The notes under the pieces: model-generated | What the model was told of the DNA's origin: nothing | Seen by the model: only the letters and a program-made list of their open reading frames with translations | The model's database searches: none | Part shown: one piece after another, positions 14,023 through 23,600 of the stretch | How the letters are laid out: each line of letters opens with the position of its first letter | Numbering within the stretch: position 1 is the stretch's first letter | Virus record (IMG/VR): IMGVR_UViG_3300043756_000029 | Location: 1 to 36,905 of that record | Direction: 5' to 3' (one strand) | Length of the DNA stretch: 36,905 nt | DNA from: a virus | Lineage: Duplodnaviria > Caudoviricetes | Position numbers and translations under genes: made by a program

Positions 14023-15975
14023 GTGGATCGGGCGTCAGCCCTACTCACGATCAAAAGCTACGACGCCGACCGTCGGACGTTTAGCGGGATCGCGACCACG
14101 CCGACGCCCGATCGGGCCGGCGACATCTTCGACCCGCTGGGCGCGACGTTCGCGAACCCGCTGCCCCTGCTGCTGCATCACGACAAAGCGCGCCCGGTCG
14201 GACTGGTCACCCTGGGCGCGCCGACCGCCGACGGCATCACGTTCGACGCGTCGATCCCCGAAGTGCCGGAGGCGGGCGTCGTGCGCGACCGCGTCGACGA
14301 GGCGTGGCATTCGATCAAGGCCGGCCTGTTGCGCGGCGTGTCGATCGGGTTCCGGCCGCTGAAAAACGGCGTCGAACTGCTGAAAAACAAAACCGGCTTT
14401 CGGATCAAGTCGTCGGAAATTTGCGAACTCTCCCTCGTCGCGATTCCGTCCAACGTCGACGCGACGATTCACACGATCAAGTCTGCGGTGTTGGCCGCGT
14501 CAGGCCCAATCCCTCCGGGCGTCGCCGGGCTTCCAGTCGTGCGCGTGCAGGACGCGCGAACCATGACGAAGCAAACGATCGCTGACCAAATTGCCGCCTA
14601 CGAGAAAACGCGACAGGCCAAGTGTGACCGCCGCGACGAACTGATGACGAAGTCGGCCGAAACCAATGCGACGCTGACCGACGAACAGGCGACCGAATAC
14701 GACACGCTGGAAAAAGAGATCGCCGCGATCGACGTGCATCTCGAACGGCTGAAAGCGTGGGAAGCGCGGCTCATTGAAAGCGCGACGCCCGCGCCGGCCG
14801 TCGTGCCGCACGCCAGTCCGGTGCGCGCCGGCAGCGGCACGCCCGTGATCGTGCGCAGCAACGTCGAACCCGGTACCGACTTCGTGCGCTACTGCAAGGC
14901 GCTCCTTGCCAGTCACGGCGATCGCTACATGGCGATCGAGACCGCGAAACAGTGGCGCGATTCGACGCCGAACGTTGAACTCGCGCTGAAAGCGGCGGTC
15001 GCGCCCGCGACGACGACCGACACGGCCTGGGCCGGCTATCTGGTGCCGCCCCTGCGGCAGATGGCGCAGGAGTTTATCGCGCTGCTGCGCAACGCCACGA
15101 TCGTCGGCCGTCTCGACGGCCTGCGGCGCGTCCCGTTCAACGTGCAAGTGCCGATGCAGACCACGGGCGGGATGTACAAGTGGGTCGGGCAGGCGGCGGC
15201 CAAGCCGGTCACGGCGGCGGCGTTCGGCGTCGTCACGCTGACGCAAGCCAAGATCGCCGGGATCATCGTCTTCACCGACGAACTGGCGCGCAGCAGCGCC
15301 CCTGACGCCGAAACCCTGTTTCGCGCCGACATGATCGCCGGCATCTCGGCGTTCATGGATCAACAGTTCATTGATCCAGCGGTCGCGGCGGTCGCCAACG
15401 TGTCGCCCGCGTCGATCACGAACGGGCTGACCGGCACGGCGGCGACGGGCGACGCCCGGCACGACATCGCGACGCTGCTCGGCAAATTCGTCGCGGCCAA
15501 CATTCCGTTGTCGTCGATCGTGCTGATCATGAGCGAATTGAACGCGTTTAATCTCAGCCTGCAGCAGAACCCGCTCGGCCAGCCGATGTATCCCGGCCTG
15601 GGCGTCGGCGGCGGCACGATCAACGGGATCCGCGTGGTCACGTCGCAGACCGCCGGCAGCAACATTATCGCGGTCGCGCCGAGTTACATCCTGTACGCCG
15701 ACGACGGCGGCGTGTCCATTGACGTCAGCCGCGAAGCGAGTGTGCAGATGAACGACACGCCCGACAGTCCGATCACGGCGACGACGGTGCTGCGATCGCT
15801 GTGGCAGGAAAACATGATCGGCCTGCGCGCCGAACGGTACTGCACGTGGAAACGCGCGCTCGACGGGGCGGTGCAATATCTGACCGGCGCAGCGTGGCAG
15901 CCGACGCCCGCGACGGGGGCCGCTGAACCCCTGGGCCGGAATGCGACGCACCGGGCGTCGCCGCCGGCCGCCTGA
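14023..15975 (+). CDS. HK97-type prohead protease - major capsid protein fusion
   Basis: Protease 'GIATTP.PDR.GD', 'PLLLHHD..RPVG', 'GVSIGF', 'ELSLV.IP.N'; coiled-coil delta domain; capsid 'AGYLVP', 'WVGQ...KP', 'SLWQENMIGLRAER'. Start set at GTG 14023 (ATG 14011 is the alternative); possible internal start at ATG 14563. Confidence 0.93.
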   Translation: MDRASALLTIKSYDADRRTFSGIATTPTPDRAGDIFDPLGATFANPLPLLLHHDKARPVGLVTLGAPTADGITFDASIPEVPEAGVVRDRVDEAWHSIKAGLLRGVSIGFRPLKNGVELLKNKTGFRIKSSEICELSLVAIPSNVDATIHTIKSAVLAASGPIPPGVAGLPVVRVQDARTMTKQTIADQIAAYEKTRQAKCDRRDELMTKSAETNATLTDEQATEYDTLEKEIAAIDVHLERLKAWEARLIESATPAPAVVPHASPVRAGSGTPVIVRSNVEPGTDFVRYCKALLASHGDRYMAIETAKQWRDSTPNVELALKAAVAPATTTDTAWAGYLVPPLRQMAQEFIALLRNATIVGRLDGLRRVPFNVQVPMQTTGGMYKWVGQAAAKPVTAAAFGVVTLTQAKIAGIIVFTDELARSSAPDAETLFRADMIAGISAFMDQQFIDPAVAAVANVSPASITNGLTGTAATGDARHDIATLLGKFVAANIPLSSIVLIMSELNAFNLSLQQNPLGQPMYPGLGVGGGTINGIRVVTSQTAGSNIIAVAPSYILYADDGGVSIDVSREASVQMNDTPDSPITATTVLRSLWQENMIGLRAERYCTWKRALDGAVQYLTGAAWQPTPATGAAEPLGRNATHRASPPAA

Positions 15976-15978
15976 CCT

Positions 15979-17382
15979 ATGGCGTCGTGGGTCAAAGCCG
16001 CCGCGCTGCGGGCCGCGCGCCAGCTGGCGGCGTTTGCCGGGTCGACCGTCTCCAGTCGACCCGGCAGCTGGTGGCCCATCATTCGCGAACCGTTCACGGG
16101 CGCGTGGCAGCGCGACGAGGAATGGGCCGCCGAGACGGTCTTAGCCTACGCGCCCGTGTTCGCCTGCGTGTCGCTGATCGCGCAGGACATCGCGAAAATG
16201 CGGCTGCGGCTGGTCGAACAGACCGACGACGGCATCTGGATCGAAACGACCAACCCGGCGTACACGCCCGTGCTGCGCAAGCCGAACCGCTACCAGACGA
16301 TCAACAAATTCGTCGAACAGTGGCTGACGTCGAAATTGATCCACGGCAACACCTACGTGTTGAAAGCGCGCGACAACCGCAACGTCGTCACCGCGCTGTA
16401 CGTGCTCGACCCGACGCGCGTGTGGCCGCTGGTCACGGCTGACGGGTCGGTCTACTACGACTTGCACCGCAACGATCTGACCGGGCTCACGCCCGACATC
16501 GTGCCCGACACGCTGCCCTACATCGTGCCGGCGTCGGAGATTATTCACGACACCTGTTGTCCGATGTTTCACCCGCTGATCGGCGTGTCGCCGCTGTTCG
16601 CGGCCGGCCTGCCGGCGCTGCAAGGGCTGAAAATTTCGTCGTCGCAGACGGCGTTTTTTGGGAACGGCGCGCAGCCGGGCGGGATCCTGATGGCCCCCGG
16701 CGCGATCACGCCGGAACAGGCCGCGCAGCTGAAAGCGTACTGGCAGAACGAATTCGTCGGGTCGAAAGCCGGATCGATCGCGGTCGTCGACAACGGGCTG
16801 AAGTACGAACCCCTCTCGGTCAACGCGGTCGACGCCGAACTGATCAAGCAATTGAACTGGACGGCGACGATGGTGTGCACCGCGTTTCACGTGCCGCCGT
16901 TCATGATCAGCGTCGGCGATCCGCCCGCCTACGCCAACACCGAACCGATGGTGCAGCAGTACTACGCCCAGTGTCTGCAGGCCCACGTGACGAATTTCGA
17001 GGCTTCGCTCGACGAAGGGCTGAACCTGGACGTCAACCTGGGCACCGAGTTCGACATCGACGATCTGATCTGGACCGACACGGCGACCAGGGGCAAGGCG
17101 GCCCAGGAGGCGATCAGCGCGGGCGCGCTGTCGCCGAACGAAGCGCGCGCGAAGTACTACGGCGTTGGCCCGGTCAAAGGCGGCGACACGCCGTACCTGC
17201 AGCAGCAGCAGTTCAGTCTCGCGGCGCTAGCCGACCGCGACGCAAGCGATCCGTTCGCCAAGCCGACGCCGGCCCCGCCGGCCGCGCCGCCCGACGACAC
17301 GACGCCGCCCGACGACACGACACCCGACGACTTCACCGCGAAATTCTGGGTCGCGTGGCATGACCTACAGCGTGCAGCCTGA
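15979..17382 (+). CDS. Portal protein, HK97 family
   Basis: 'VFACVSLIA.DIA', 'L.KPN.YQT', 'GNTYV', 'EIIHD', 'GVSPL', 'FF.NGA.PGGIL', 'AFHVPP', 'SPNEAR', 'GGD'. Confidence 0.95.
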   Translation: MASWVKAAALRAARQLAAFAGSTVSSRPGSWWPIIREPFTGAWQRDEEWAAETVLAYAPVFACVSLIAQDIAKMRLRLVEQTDDGIWIETTNPAYTPVLRKPNRYQTINKFVEQWLTSKLIHGNTYVLKARDNRNVVTALYVLDPTRVWPLVTADGSVYYDLHRNDLTGLTPDIVPDTLPYIVPASEIIHDTCCPMFHPLIGVSPLFAAGLPALQGLKISSSQTAFFGNGAQPGGILMAPGAITPEQAAQLKAYWQNEFVGSKAGSIAVVDNGLKYEPLSVNAVDAELIKQLNWTATMVCTAFHVPPFMISVGDPPAYANTEPMVQQYYAQCLQAHVTNFEASLDEGLNLDVNLGTEFDIDDLIWTDTATRGKAAQEAISAGALSPNEARAKYYGVGPVKGGDTPYLQQQQFSLAALADRDASDPFAKPTPAPPAAPPDDTTPPDDTTPDDFTAKFWVAWHDLQRAA

Positions 17383-17842
17383 CCAGCTGGCGGCCCTGGT
17401 GCATCAGGCCGTGTCGCCGCTGGTCGCGGCGACGCAGGCCCATGTCGACCAGCTGCGGCAGACCGTCGCGCAGCGCGACGCCGACGTCGTCGACCTGCGG
17501 CAGCAGGTCGCGCAGCTGCGCGAACGACAGGCGGTCATCGAAACGCGCGCGCCCGTGCCGGGGCCGGCCGGTCGTGACGGCCTGGACGGGGCCAATGGGC
17601 GCGACGGCCGCGACGGGAAAGACGGCATCTCGCTGACCTACCGGGGCGTGTGGAAAGCCGGCGACGCCTACACGAAAGGCGACGTCGTCACGCATCACGG
17701 GTCGGCGTGGTACTGCTACGGCGCGACGTCGACCGCCCCCGACACCGACGCGGGCGCGACCGACTGGCAGCTGATGGTGAAACGCGGCGACAAGGGGCGC
17801 GACCTGCGCGAGACGGTGCCGCAGGTGCGGGCGATCCGATGA
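17360..17842 (+). CDS. Coiled-coil/collagen-like head-associated protein with a C-terminal CBM-like module
   Basis: 'GPAGRDGLDG..GRDGRDGKDG', 'YRGVW....Y..GDVVT..GS.W.C', 'DWQLMVKRG.KGRD'. Confidence 0.75.
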   Translation: MTYSVQPDQLAALVHQAVSPLVAATQAHVDQLRQTVAQRDADVVDLRQQVAQLRERQAVIETRAPVPGPAGRDGLDGANGRDGRDGKDGISLTYRGVWKAGDAYTKGDVVTHHGSAWYCYGATSTAPDTDAGATDWQLMVKRGDKGRDLRETVPQVRAIR

Positions 17843-18183
17843 AGTCGACGTTCGCCTACTCCGAACAGCCGGTGCTGGTGTCGGTCGATCAGGCCCGTCG
17901 CCGGCTGCGGGTGACTGCGACCGATCCCGACACGCTGACCGATCTGGCGCTCATGACGCAGGTCGCGTCGGATTCGATCCGGCTGTATTTGGCCGACGCG
18001 AACGATCCGGAGTGGGACGAATCGTCGGCCCCGCCGGTCGTGCAGGCCGCCGTGTTGCACCGCCTGGGCTGCGTCTGGTCGCATCGCGGCGACGACATCA
18101 CGACCGCCGAACCGTACGAAGAAAAAAACTGGGAGGAGATCGCGCGGCTGCTGATGCAGGTGCGCGATCCGACGCTCGCATGA
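17839..18183 (+). CDS. Head-tail connector (gp6/gp15-like)
   Basis: 'VS.DQA...LRV', 'AS..I..YL', 'PPVVQAAVL..L...W.HRGD', 'RDP.LA'. Confidence 0.8.
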   Translation: MKSTFAYSEQPVLVSVDQARRRLRVTATDPDTLTDLALMTQVASDSIRLYLADANDPEWDESSAPPVVQAAVLHRLGCVWSHRGDDITTAEPYEEKNWEEIARLLMQVRDPTLA

Positions 18184-18629
18184 TTTTTGGACGTCGCCAG
18201 CGCAGTCTCCTGGTGAAGCGCGGGCAGCTGCGCTGTCGGGTCACGCTGGATCGGCTGGTGCAGCGGCCCGACGGCGAGGGCGGGTTCGAGGATACGTTCG
18301 TCCCGCTGGATCCGCCGCAGGCGTGGGCGCTGATCGAACCGGCGACGCAGCGCGATCTCGAGCGCGTGGCGGCGAACGCGACGATCGAAGCCGTCGCGAC
18401 GCACATTGTCACGATCGACTATCACCCGCAGGTCACGATCCAGACGCGGATCACGTACGGCGATCGCGTGTTGCAGGTGCGATCGCGCGCGAACCCCGAC
18501 GAAAGCAATGTCGAACTGATTCTCGTGTGTGCGGAGGTCTTGCCCGGTGGCACGAACGACACTAACACTCGACGGTCTGCCGGATTTCGCGGCATGGCTG
18601 CAGCATCTGCCGCAGCAGCTGGCCGCTGA
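18180..18629 (+). CDS. Head-closure protein (SPP1 gp16-like)
   Basis: 'G.LR.RVTL...DG.GG', 'WA.IEP', 'TH.VTI.Y...VT..RI', 'N.EL.L.C.E'; start may be GTG 18213. Confidence 0.85.
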   Translation: MIFGRRQRSLLVKRGQLRCRVTLDRLVQRPDGEGGFEDTFVPLDPPQAWALIEPATQRDLERVAANATIEAVATHIVTIDYHPQVTIQTRITYGDRVLQVRSRANPDESNVELILVCAEVLPGGTNDTNTRRSAGFRGMAAASAAAAGR

Positions 18630-18963
18630 CGCCGATCCGATCGTGGCGACGGCCGCGCAGACGACCTATAGCGAGGCGTTTAGCAGTTATCCGGTCGTCA
18701 CGGGCGGGCTGCGTGAAGGGCTGACGATCTACCACGACAGCGACGGCGCGCGGGCGTCGTTCAACGTCGTGAACCATTCCGACCACGCGCTGTATTTCGA
18801 ATACGGCACGCAGATCAGGCGTACCGCGCTGGGCTACAACCGGGGCGCGATGCCGGCGCGCCCGACGCTGGTGCGGCTGGCGTACCGCGAAGGGCAGGCG
18901 ATGACCGAACGCGTCGCGGCTCACGTGCGCACGCTGGGGTTCGACGTGACGGGGGATCGCTAG
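18547..18963 (+). CDS. HK97 gp10-like neck protein
   Basis: 'PV.TG.LR', 'HA.YFEYGT', 'MPARP'; SD GGAGG before GTG 18547. Confidence 0.8.
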   Translation: MARTTLTLDGLPDFAAWLQHLPQQLAADADPIVATAAQTTYSEAFSSYPVVTGGLREGLTIYHDSDGARASFNVVNHSDHALYFEYGTQIRRTALGYNRGAMPARPTLVRLAYREGQAMTERVAAHVRTLGFDVTGDR

Positions 18964-19451
18964 TGCTGCCGCTGCCCGATAGCGGCGCGGTCGACGCGGC
19001 GGTCGTGCAGCAGCTGGCGACCGACGAGACGCTGTCGGCCCTGGTGCCCGGTGGCGTCGTGTTCGACGTGGCGCAGCTGGGCGTGACAAACGCGGTGATC
19101 GTCACGCTGCTGTCGCACAACGAAAGCTACGTCGAAACGACCGACGTGATCGATCCGGCTAGCGTCGTCGAACGGCCGGTGTATCTGGTCAAGGTCGTCG
19201 ACAGCCGCAGTTCGGGCGTGCCGGCGCGACAGGCCGCGCACCGGATCCACCAGCTGCTGCAGGGCGTCGACTTTCCGATCGTCGGCTTTCGGCTGCTCCG
19301 CAGCGAACGGATCGAGCGCATTCGCTACACCGAATACGACCAGACGACCGGCCAACGGTGGCAGCACCGGGGCGGGCACTATCAACTGTGGGTCACGCCG
19401 GATCCCCAGCGTGACGCGATCGCGATCGCAGCCGATCAACGGGCTGCGTAG
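18963..19451 (+). CDS. Tail terminator (DUF3168-like)
   Basis: 'AV.Q.L..D..L.ALV..GV.FD.A', 'A..I..LL'; synteny. Confidence 0.7.
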   Translation: MLPLPDSGAVDAAVVQQLATDETLSALVPGGVVFDVAQLGVTNAVIVTLLSHNESYVETTDVIDPASVVERPVYLVKVVDSRSSGVPARQAAHRIHQLLQGVDFPIVGFRLLRSERIERIRYTEYDQTTGQRWQHRGGHYQLWVTPDPQRDAIAIAADQRAA

Positions 19452-19460
19452 GAGGCACCG

Positions 19461-19916
19461 ATGGCGGGAACAGGTACGGCCTATCACGGGAAAGATGGCG
19501 CGGTGTACGCGAAGCTGCCGGGCGCGTCCGACTTCACGCAGGTGGCGCTGATCTCGGCGTGGACGCTCGACATGTCGACCGACACGGTCGAAGTGACCAG
19601 CCTGGGCGACACGAACAAGACGTTCGTCCAGGGGCTGCGCAACGTCACCGGGACGCTCACCGCGCATTGGACCGACGACACGGCCCTGTTTGATATGGCC
19701 GATTCGCCGGAAGGGGTCGAACTGGCGCTGTGGCCGTCGATCCGCGTGCCGCAGGCGTGCTTTCACGGGCCGGCGTATCTCAGCGTGACGATCAACAGCG
19801 GCGTCGCGGCCGCCGTTACCATGACCGGCAATTTCGTCGCCAAAGGATCGTGGTCGCGCGACAACTGCCCGACGCTGCCGGCGGTCGCCGGCCTGGGCGC
19901 GAAGAAAGCCGCGTGA
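19461..19916 (+). CDS. Major tail tube protein
   Basis: 'HGKDG.V', 'WTLD...DTVEVT.LGD..K.FV.GL...TGT'; SD AGGAGG. Confidence 0.85.
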   Translation: MAGTGTAYHGKDGAVYAKLPGASDFTQVALISAWTLDMSTDTVEVTSLGDTNKTFVQGLRNVTGTLTAHWTDDTALFDMADSPEGVELALWPSIRVPQACFHGPAYLSVTINSGVAAAVTMTGNFVAKGSWSRDNCPTLPAVAGLGAKKAA

Positions 19917-19919
19917 GGC

Positions 19920-20210
19920 GTGGCCGATCCGATCACGATCGACCGATCCGAACTGCGGTACGGGTACCTGCTGGTCGCCCGCCTGGGCCGCTGGTCGGTC
20001 GCCCGCCGGCAGCTGACGGCCGACGTCGTCGAGATCGTCAACCGGGTCGGCCTGCTGCAGACCGATCTCGTGCTGGTGTTGCATAAGACCGACGGCCAGC
20101 AGGTGCGGCAGACGCTGACCGACATCGAACTAATCGGGACGACGCTGCGCGCCCGACTGAAAGGAGATCCGACCCGTGCGCATGCTCGTACCAGAGACGA
20201 CGCGGCTTGA
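19920..20210 (+). CDS. Small beta-rich tail-region hypothetical protein
   Basis: Fills the gap between tail tube and chaperone genes; SD GAGG. Confidence 0.6.
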   Translation: MADPITIDRSELRYGYLLVARLGRWSVARRQLTADVVEIVNRVGLLQTDLVLVLHKTDGQQVRQTLTDIELIGTTLRARLKGDPTRAHARTRDDAA

Positions 20211-20586
20211 TCTGACCGACGGCGCGTGGGTCGTGATCAAAAAGCGCCTGACGGCCGGTGAATCCCACAAAATTTACGACCGCGTGAACCCGATCGTGCA
20301 CGACGACGGCCGGCTGGACTACAGCCGCGTGCGGCTGCGCGAGGAAACGCTGATCGAATATCTGCTCGACTGGTCGCTGACCACACCGGAAGGCAAGCCG
20401 GTCGTGATCGCCGACCAGTCGCCCGACTTGATCCGCGACGTGCTGGGCCGGCTGGACCCGGAGTCGTATCAAGAATTGCAGGACGCCGTCGAAGCGCACA
20501 TCGCGCGCGTGCGGCAGGAACTCGACGCCCAAAAAAAAATGGCGGCCGAAGCCGTCTCCGTTCCGACTTTCGAATCTGTCAGCTGA
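20176..20586 (+). CDS. Tail assembly chaperone (gpG-like)
   Basis: Position before the tape measure; 'YLLDWSL...G.P'; ends shortly after 'QKK' encoded by an A9 run; SD AAGGAG. Confidence 0.8.
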   Translation: MRMLVPETTRLDLTDGAWVVIKKRLTAGESHKIYDRVNPIVHDDGRLDYSRVRLREETLIEYLLDWSLTTPEGKPVVIADQSPDLIRDVLGRLDPESYQELQDAVEAHIARVRQELDAQKKMAAEAVSVPTFESVS

Positions 20587-20690
20587 TGCACTGGACCTAC
20601 GCTGATCTGATGGCCCTGCCCGAAGACGTGTACGAAACGCTGGTCGACTGGATTAACGACACGCTGACCGCTGACCATGCCCACCGTTAA
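20176..20690 (+). CDS. Tail assembly chaperone, -1 frameshift extension (gpGT-like)
   Basis: A9 at 20531-20539; -1 frame reads KKNGGRSRLRSDFRICQLMHWTYADLMALPEDVYETLVDWINDTLTADHAHR to TAA 20688-20690. Confidence 0.75.
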
Positions 20691-23600
20691 CGCGAAGTTT
20701 ACCGCCGACTTCGACAGCTTTTTCGCAGCGGTGCAGCGCGCCGACTACGAACTCAAGCTGTTTTCGTCGCAGACGTCGACGACCGGCGACGCGCTGGGGT
20801 CGATGGTCGATCGGTTCAGCGGGATCCGGATCATCGAACAAGCGACGCTGATGACCCGCGCGATCGACGAAGTGGGCGGGGTGTCGCAGCTGACCGCGAA
20901 AGAACTCGCCGAAGTCGGCCGGGTCGCGAACGAAGCCGTCGACAAGATCAAGGCGATCGGCGGGACGCCGCCGGCCGACATGTTGAAATTGGCCGACGCC
21001 ACGAAAGCGGCGGCCGGCGGTACCGATCTCTGGTCGGGCGCGCTGAAAACGGCGACCGGGTTTCTCGGGGCGCTGGGGATTCAGACGTCGCTGCAAGGCG
21101 TGATCAATTTCGGCAAGGAGATCTTAGACACGGCTGACGCGACGGTGAAGATGGCGCAGCAGACCGGCATGACGGTCGACGAAGTGCAGCGCCTGCAGGC
21201 CGTCAGCGATCAGACGTCGGTGCCGATGGCCCGCCTGACGGCCGCCGTGCAGACGCTGGAAGAAAAACTCGGCAAGGAGGGGGCGAACAGCGGCGCGGCG
21301 GCGGCGCTGCGGCGGCTGGGGATCGGGTATGCCGAGTTCATGCAAGCGACGCCGTACGACCAGCTGCTGATGATCTCCGACGGCTTCCAGGGCGTGACCA
21401 GCGAAACCGATCGGGCGGCGATCGGCACGGCCCTGTTCGGGAAAAATTGGCGGCAGATCATCCCGGCGCTGCTGGCGGATATGCGCGACATCGCCGACAC
21501 GGCCCCGGTGATGTCGGACGCGACGATCAAGGCGTACGACGACATGCACGCGTCGGTGAAACGGTTCTGGACCGACACGGTCGTACTGACCGGCGAATCC
21601 GTCGGCACGATCCTGAAATTTCTCGGCACCCTGGGCGCGCAGTTCAACGAGAACATGCGCAACGTGCGGGCGGCGATCGGCACGGCCACGCCCGACGATC
21701 TGAAGAAATTGCAGGACGCGACGCGGGCCGCCAGCGACGAGGCGTACGGCTTCGGCGAAGCCTGGAAGGCCAGCGGCGCGACGGAGCAGGCGTTCACCGT
21801 GCGCCAGAACGCGATCGCGATGAAAGAATTTCGCGAACAGGGCGTGCAGCCGCTGACCCTGTCGCTGACCGACACGGCGGCCGCCGAACAGGCGCTGACG
21901 AAAAGCGCGCTGGCGTCGATCGACGCGAACAAGGAACACAAAAAGGCGACCGACGCGGCGGCGAAGGCGCAGGCCGACTTTCGCGACGCGATGAAAGCGG
22001 CGGCCGACTTCGCTAAGCCGATGGCCGATCAGCTGGATTCGATCAACGGCGCGGTCGTCGCCGGGGCGATCGCCCTGAACGAAAACGGCATGCGCTGGGA
22101 TCAGATTCGGGTGTTGTACGGGCTGACCGCCGGCCAAATGAAAGCCGTAGAACAGGCCGCCAAGGATCAAGCGAAAGCGGTCAGCGACAGCGCGAAAGCG
22201 GCGGCCGACGCGGCCAAGGCCGAACAGCAACACGCCGAGGCACTACAGACCGCCGAATATCTGGCGCGGCCGCTGGTCGACCGCCTGGGCGAACTCGATA
22301 CCGCGACGGTCGACGCGGCGAAAGCCGCGCTCGCGCACGGCCTGAACCTAAAAGACGTCGCGGCCGCGTACGGCTTGTCGGCCGACGCCGCCCGCAGCGT
22401 GCAGGAGGCGTACAAGGCGGGGATCGATCAACAAAAAGAATATGACAAATGGGTAAAAGACACGGCCGCCGACGCGGAGAAAGCGTACAAGGCGTGGTCT
22501 GACGCCCAGGACAAAACGATCAAAACGACCAACGACTACTACGACAAGACAACCGCCCTGCACGAAACCGCGATGCAAAAGATCGATCGCGAATGGGCGA
22601 ACGCGTACCTGTCGCTGCCCGATCAACTGGAAGTCGGATCGGCACTCTGGCAGAAAGCCGTCGACGCGATCGACGCGTATTACAGCGCGTCGCTGGAGGA
22701 TATGAAGAACAAGACCAAGGGATTCGGCGACTACCTGTCAACGACCATGCCCAAAGCGATCCTGTCGGCGTTTCAGGGCGGCGGCGACGTCGGGAAAACG
22801 ATCGGCGCGACGATCGGCACCGGGCTGACGACGGCGGAAACGACGATCGGCAAAACGATCACCGACAACGTCTCCAAGCTGCCCGGCCTGCTGGGATCGT
22901 CGCTGGGCACGATCGTCGGCCCGCTGGGCACGCTGGCCGGCGGCTTCGTCGGCGACCTGATCGGGAAAATGTTCGGGTCGAATCCGGAAAAGGAAGTCAA
23001 CAAAGTACGGCAGGCGTTCGTCGACGCGTCGGGCGGGCTGGATCAGCTGAATCGCAAGGCGTTCGACGCCGGCATGACGCTGAACGATCTACTCGGCGCG
23101 AAGAACATGGATCAGTACACGGCCGCCGTCGACAAGCTGAACGCGGCGTTCGGGGCGAAGGATCAACTCGACACGGCGCGCGACGGCTACATCGCGATCG
23201 CGGGCGGGATCGACGCGCTGACCGAACACGCCTATACCGCCGGCACCAGTCTCGACGCGATGCTCAACGCCAAGTCGGTCGACGACTACAACGCGGCGAT
23301 GCAGGGGCTGTCGGACGCCTTCGCCTTTCAGGATCAGGCGCTATCGGACGTCGTCAGCACGGCCAGCAAGTACGGGATCACGCTGGAGCAGTTGGGGCCG
23401 GCGCTGCAGAAACAGGAACTCGACAAACAGGCGCAGCAGCTGTTCAAGGATTTCGAAACGCTGAACGCGGCGGGCATCGACACGCAGGTGATCGCGACCG
23501 GCATGGCCGATTCGATCAACGAATACGTGAACCGGGCGCTGCGCATGGGCACCGAGATCCCGATCGCCATGAAACCCATGCTCGAAGACATGGTGCGCAC

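Noticed and set aside
10884-14054. 1056-aa minus-strand ORF, and similar long antisense ORFs such as 14500-15951 and 21124-22233
   Set aside because: Shadow ORFs opposite well-supported genes in GC-rich DNA; Arg/Val/Ala-rich with no motifs
17290-17331. 18-bp repeat at the portal 3' end
   Set aside because: Encodes a low-complexity PDDTTP tail; ordinary slippage duplication
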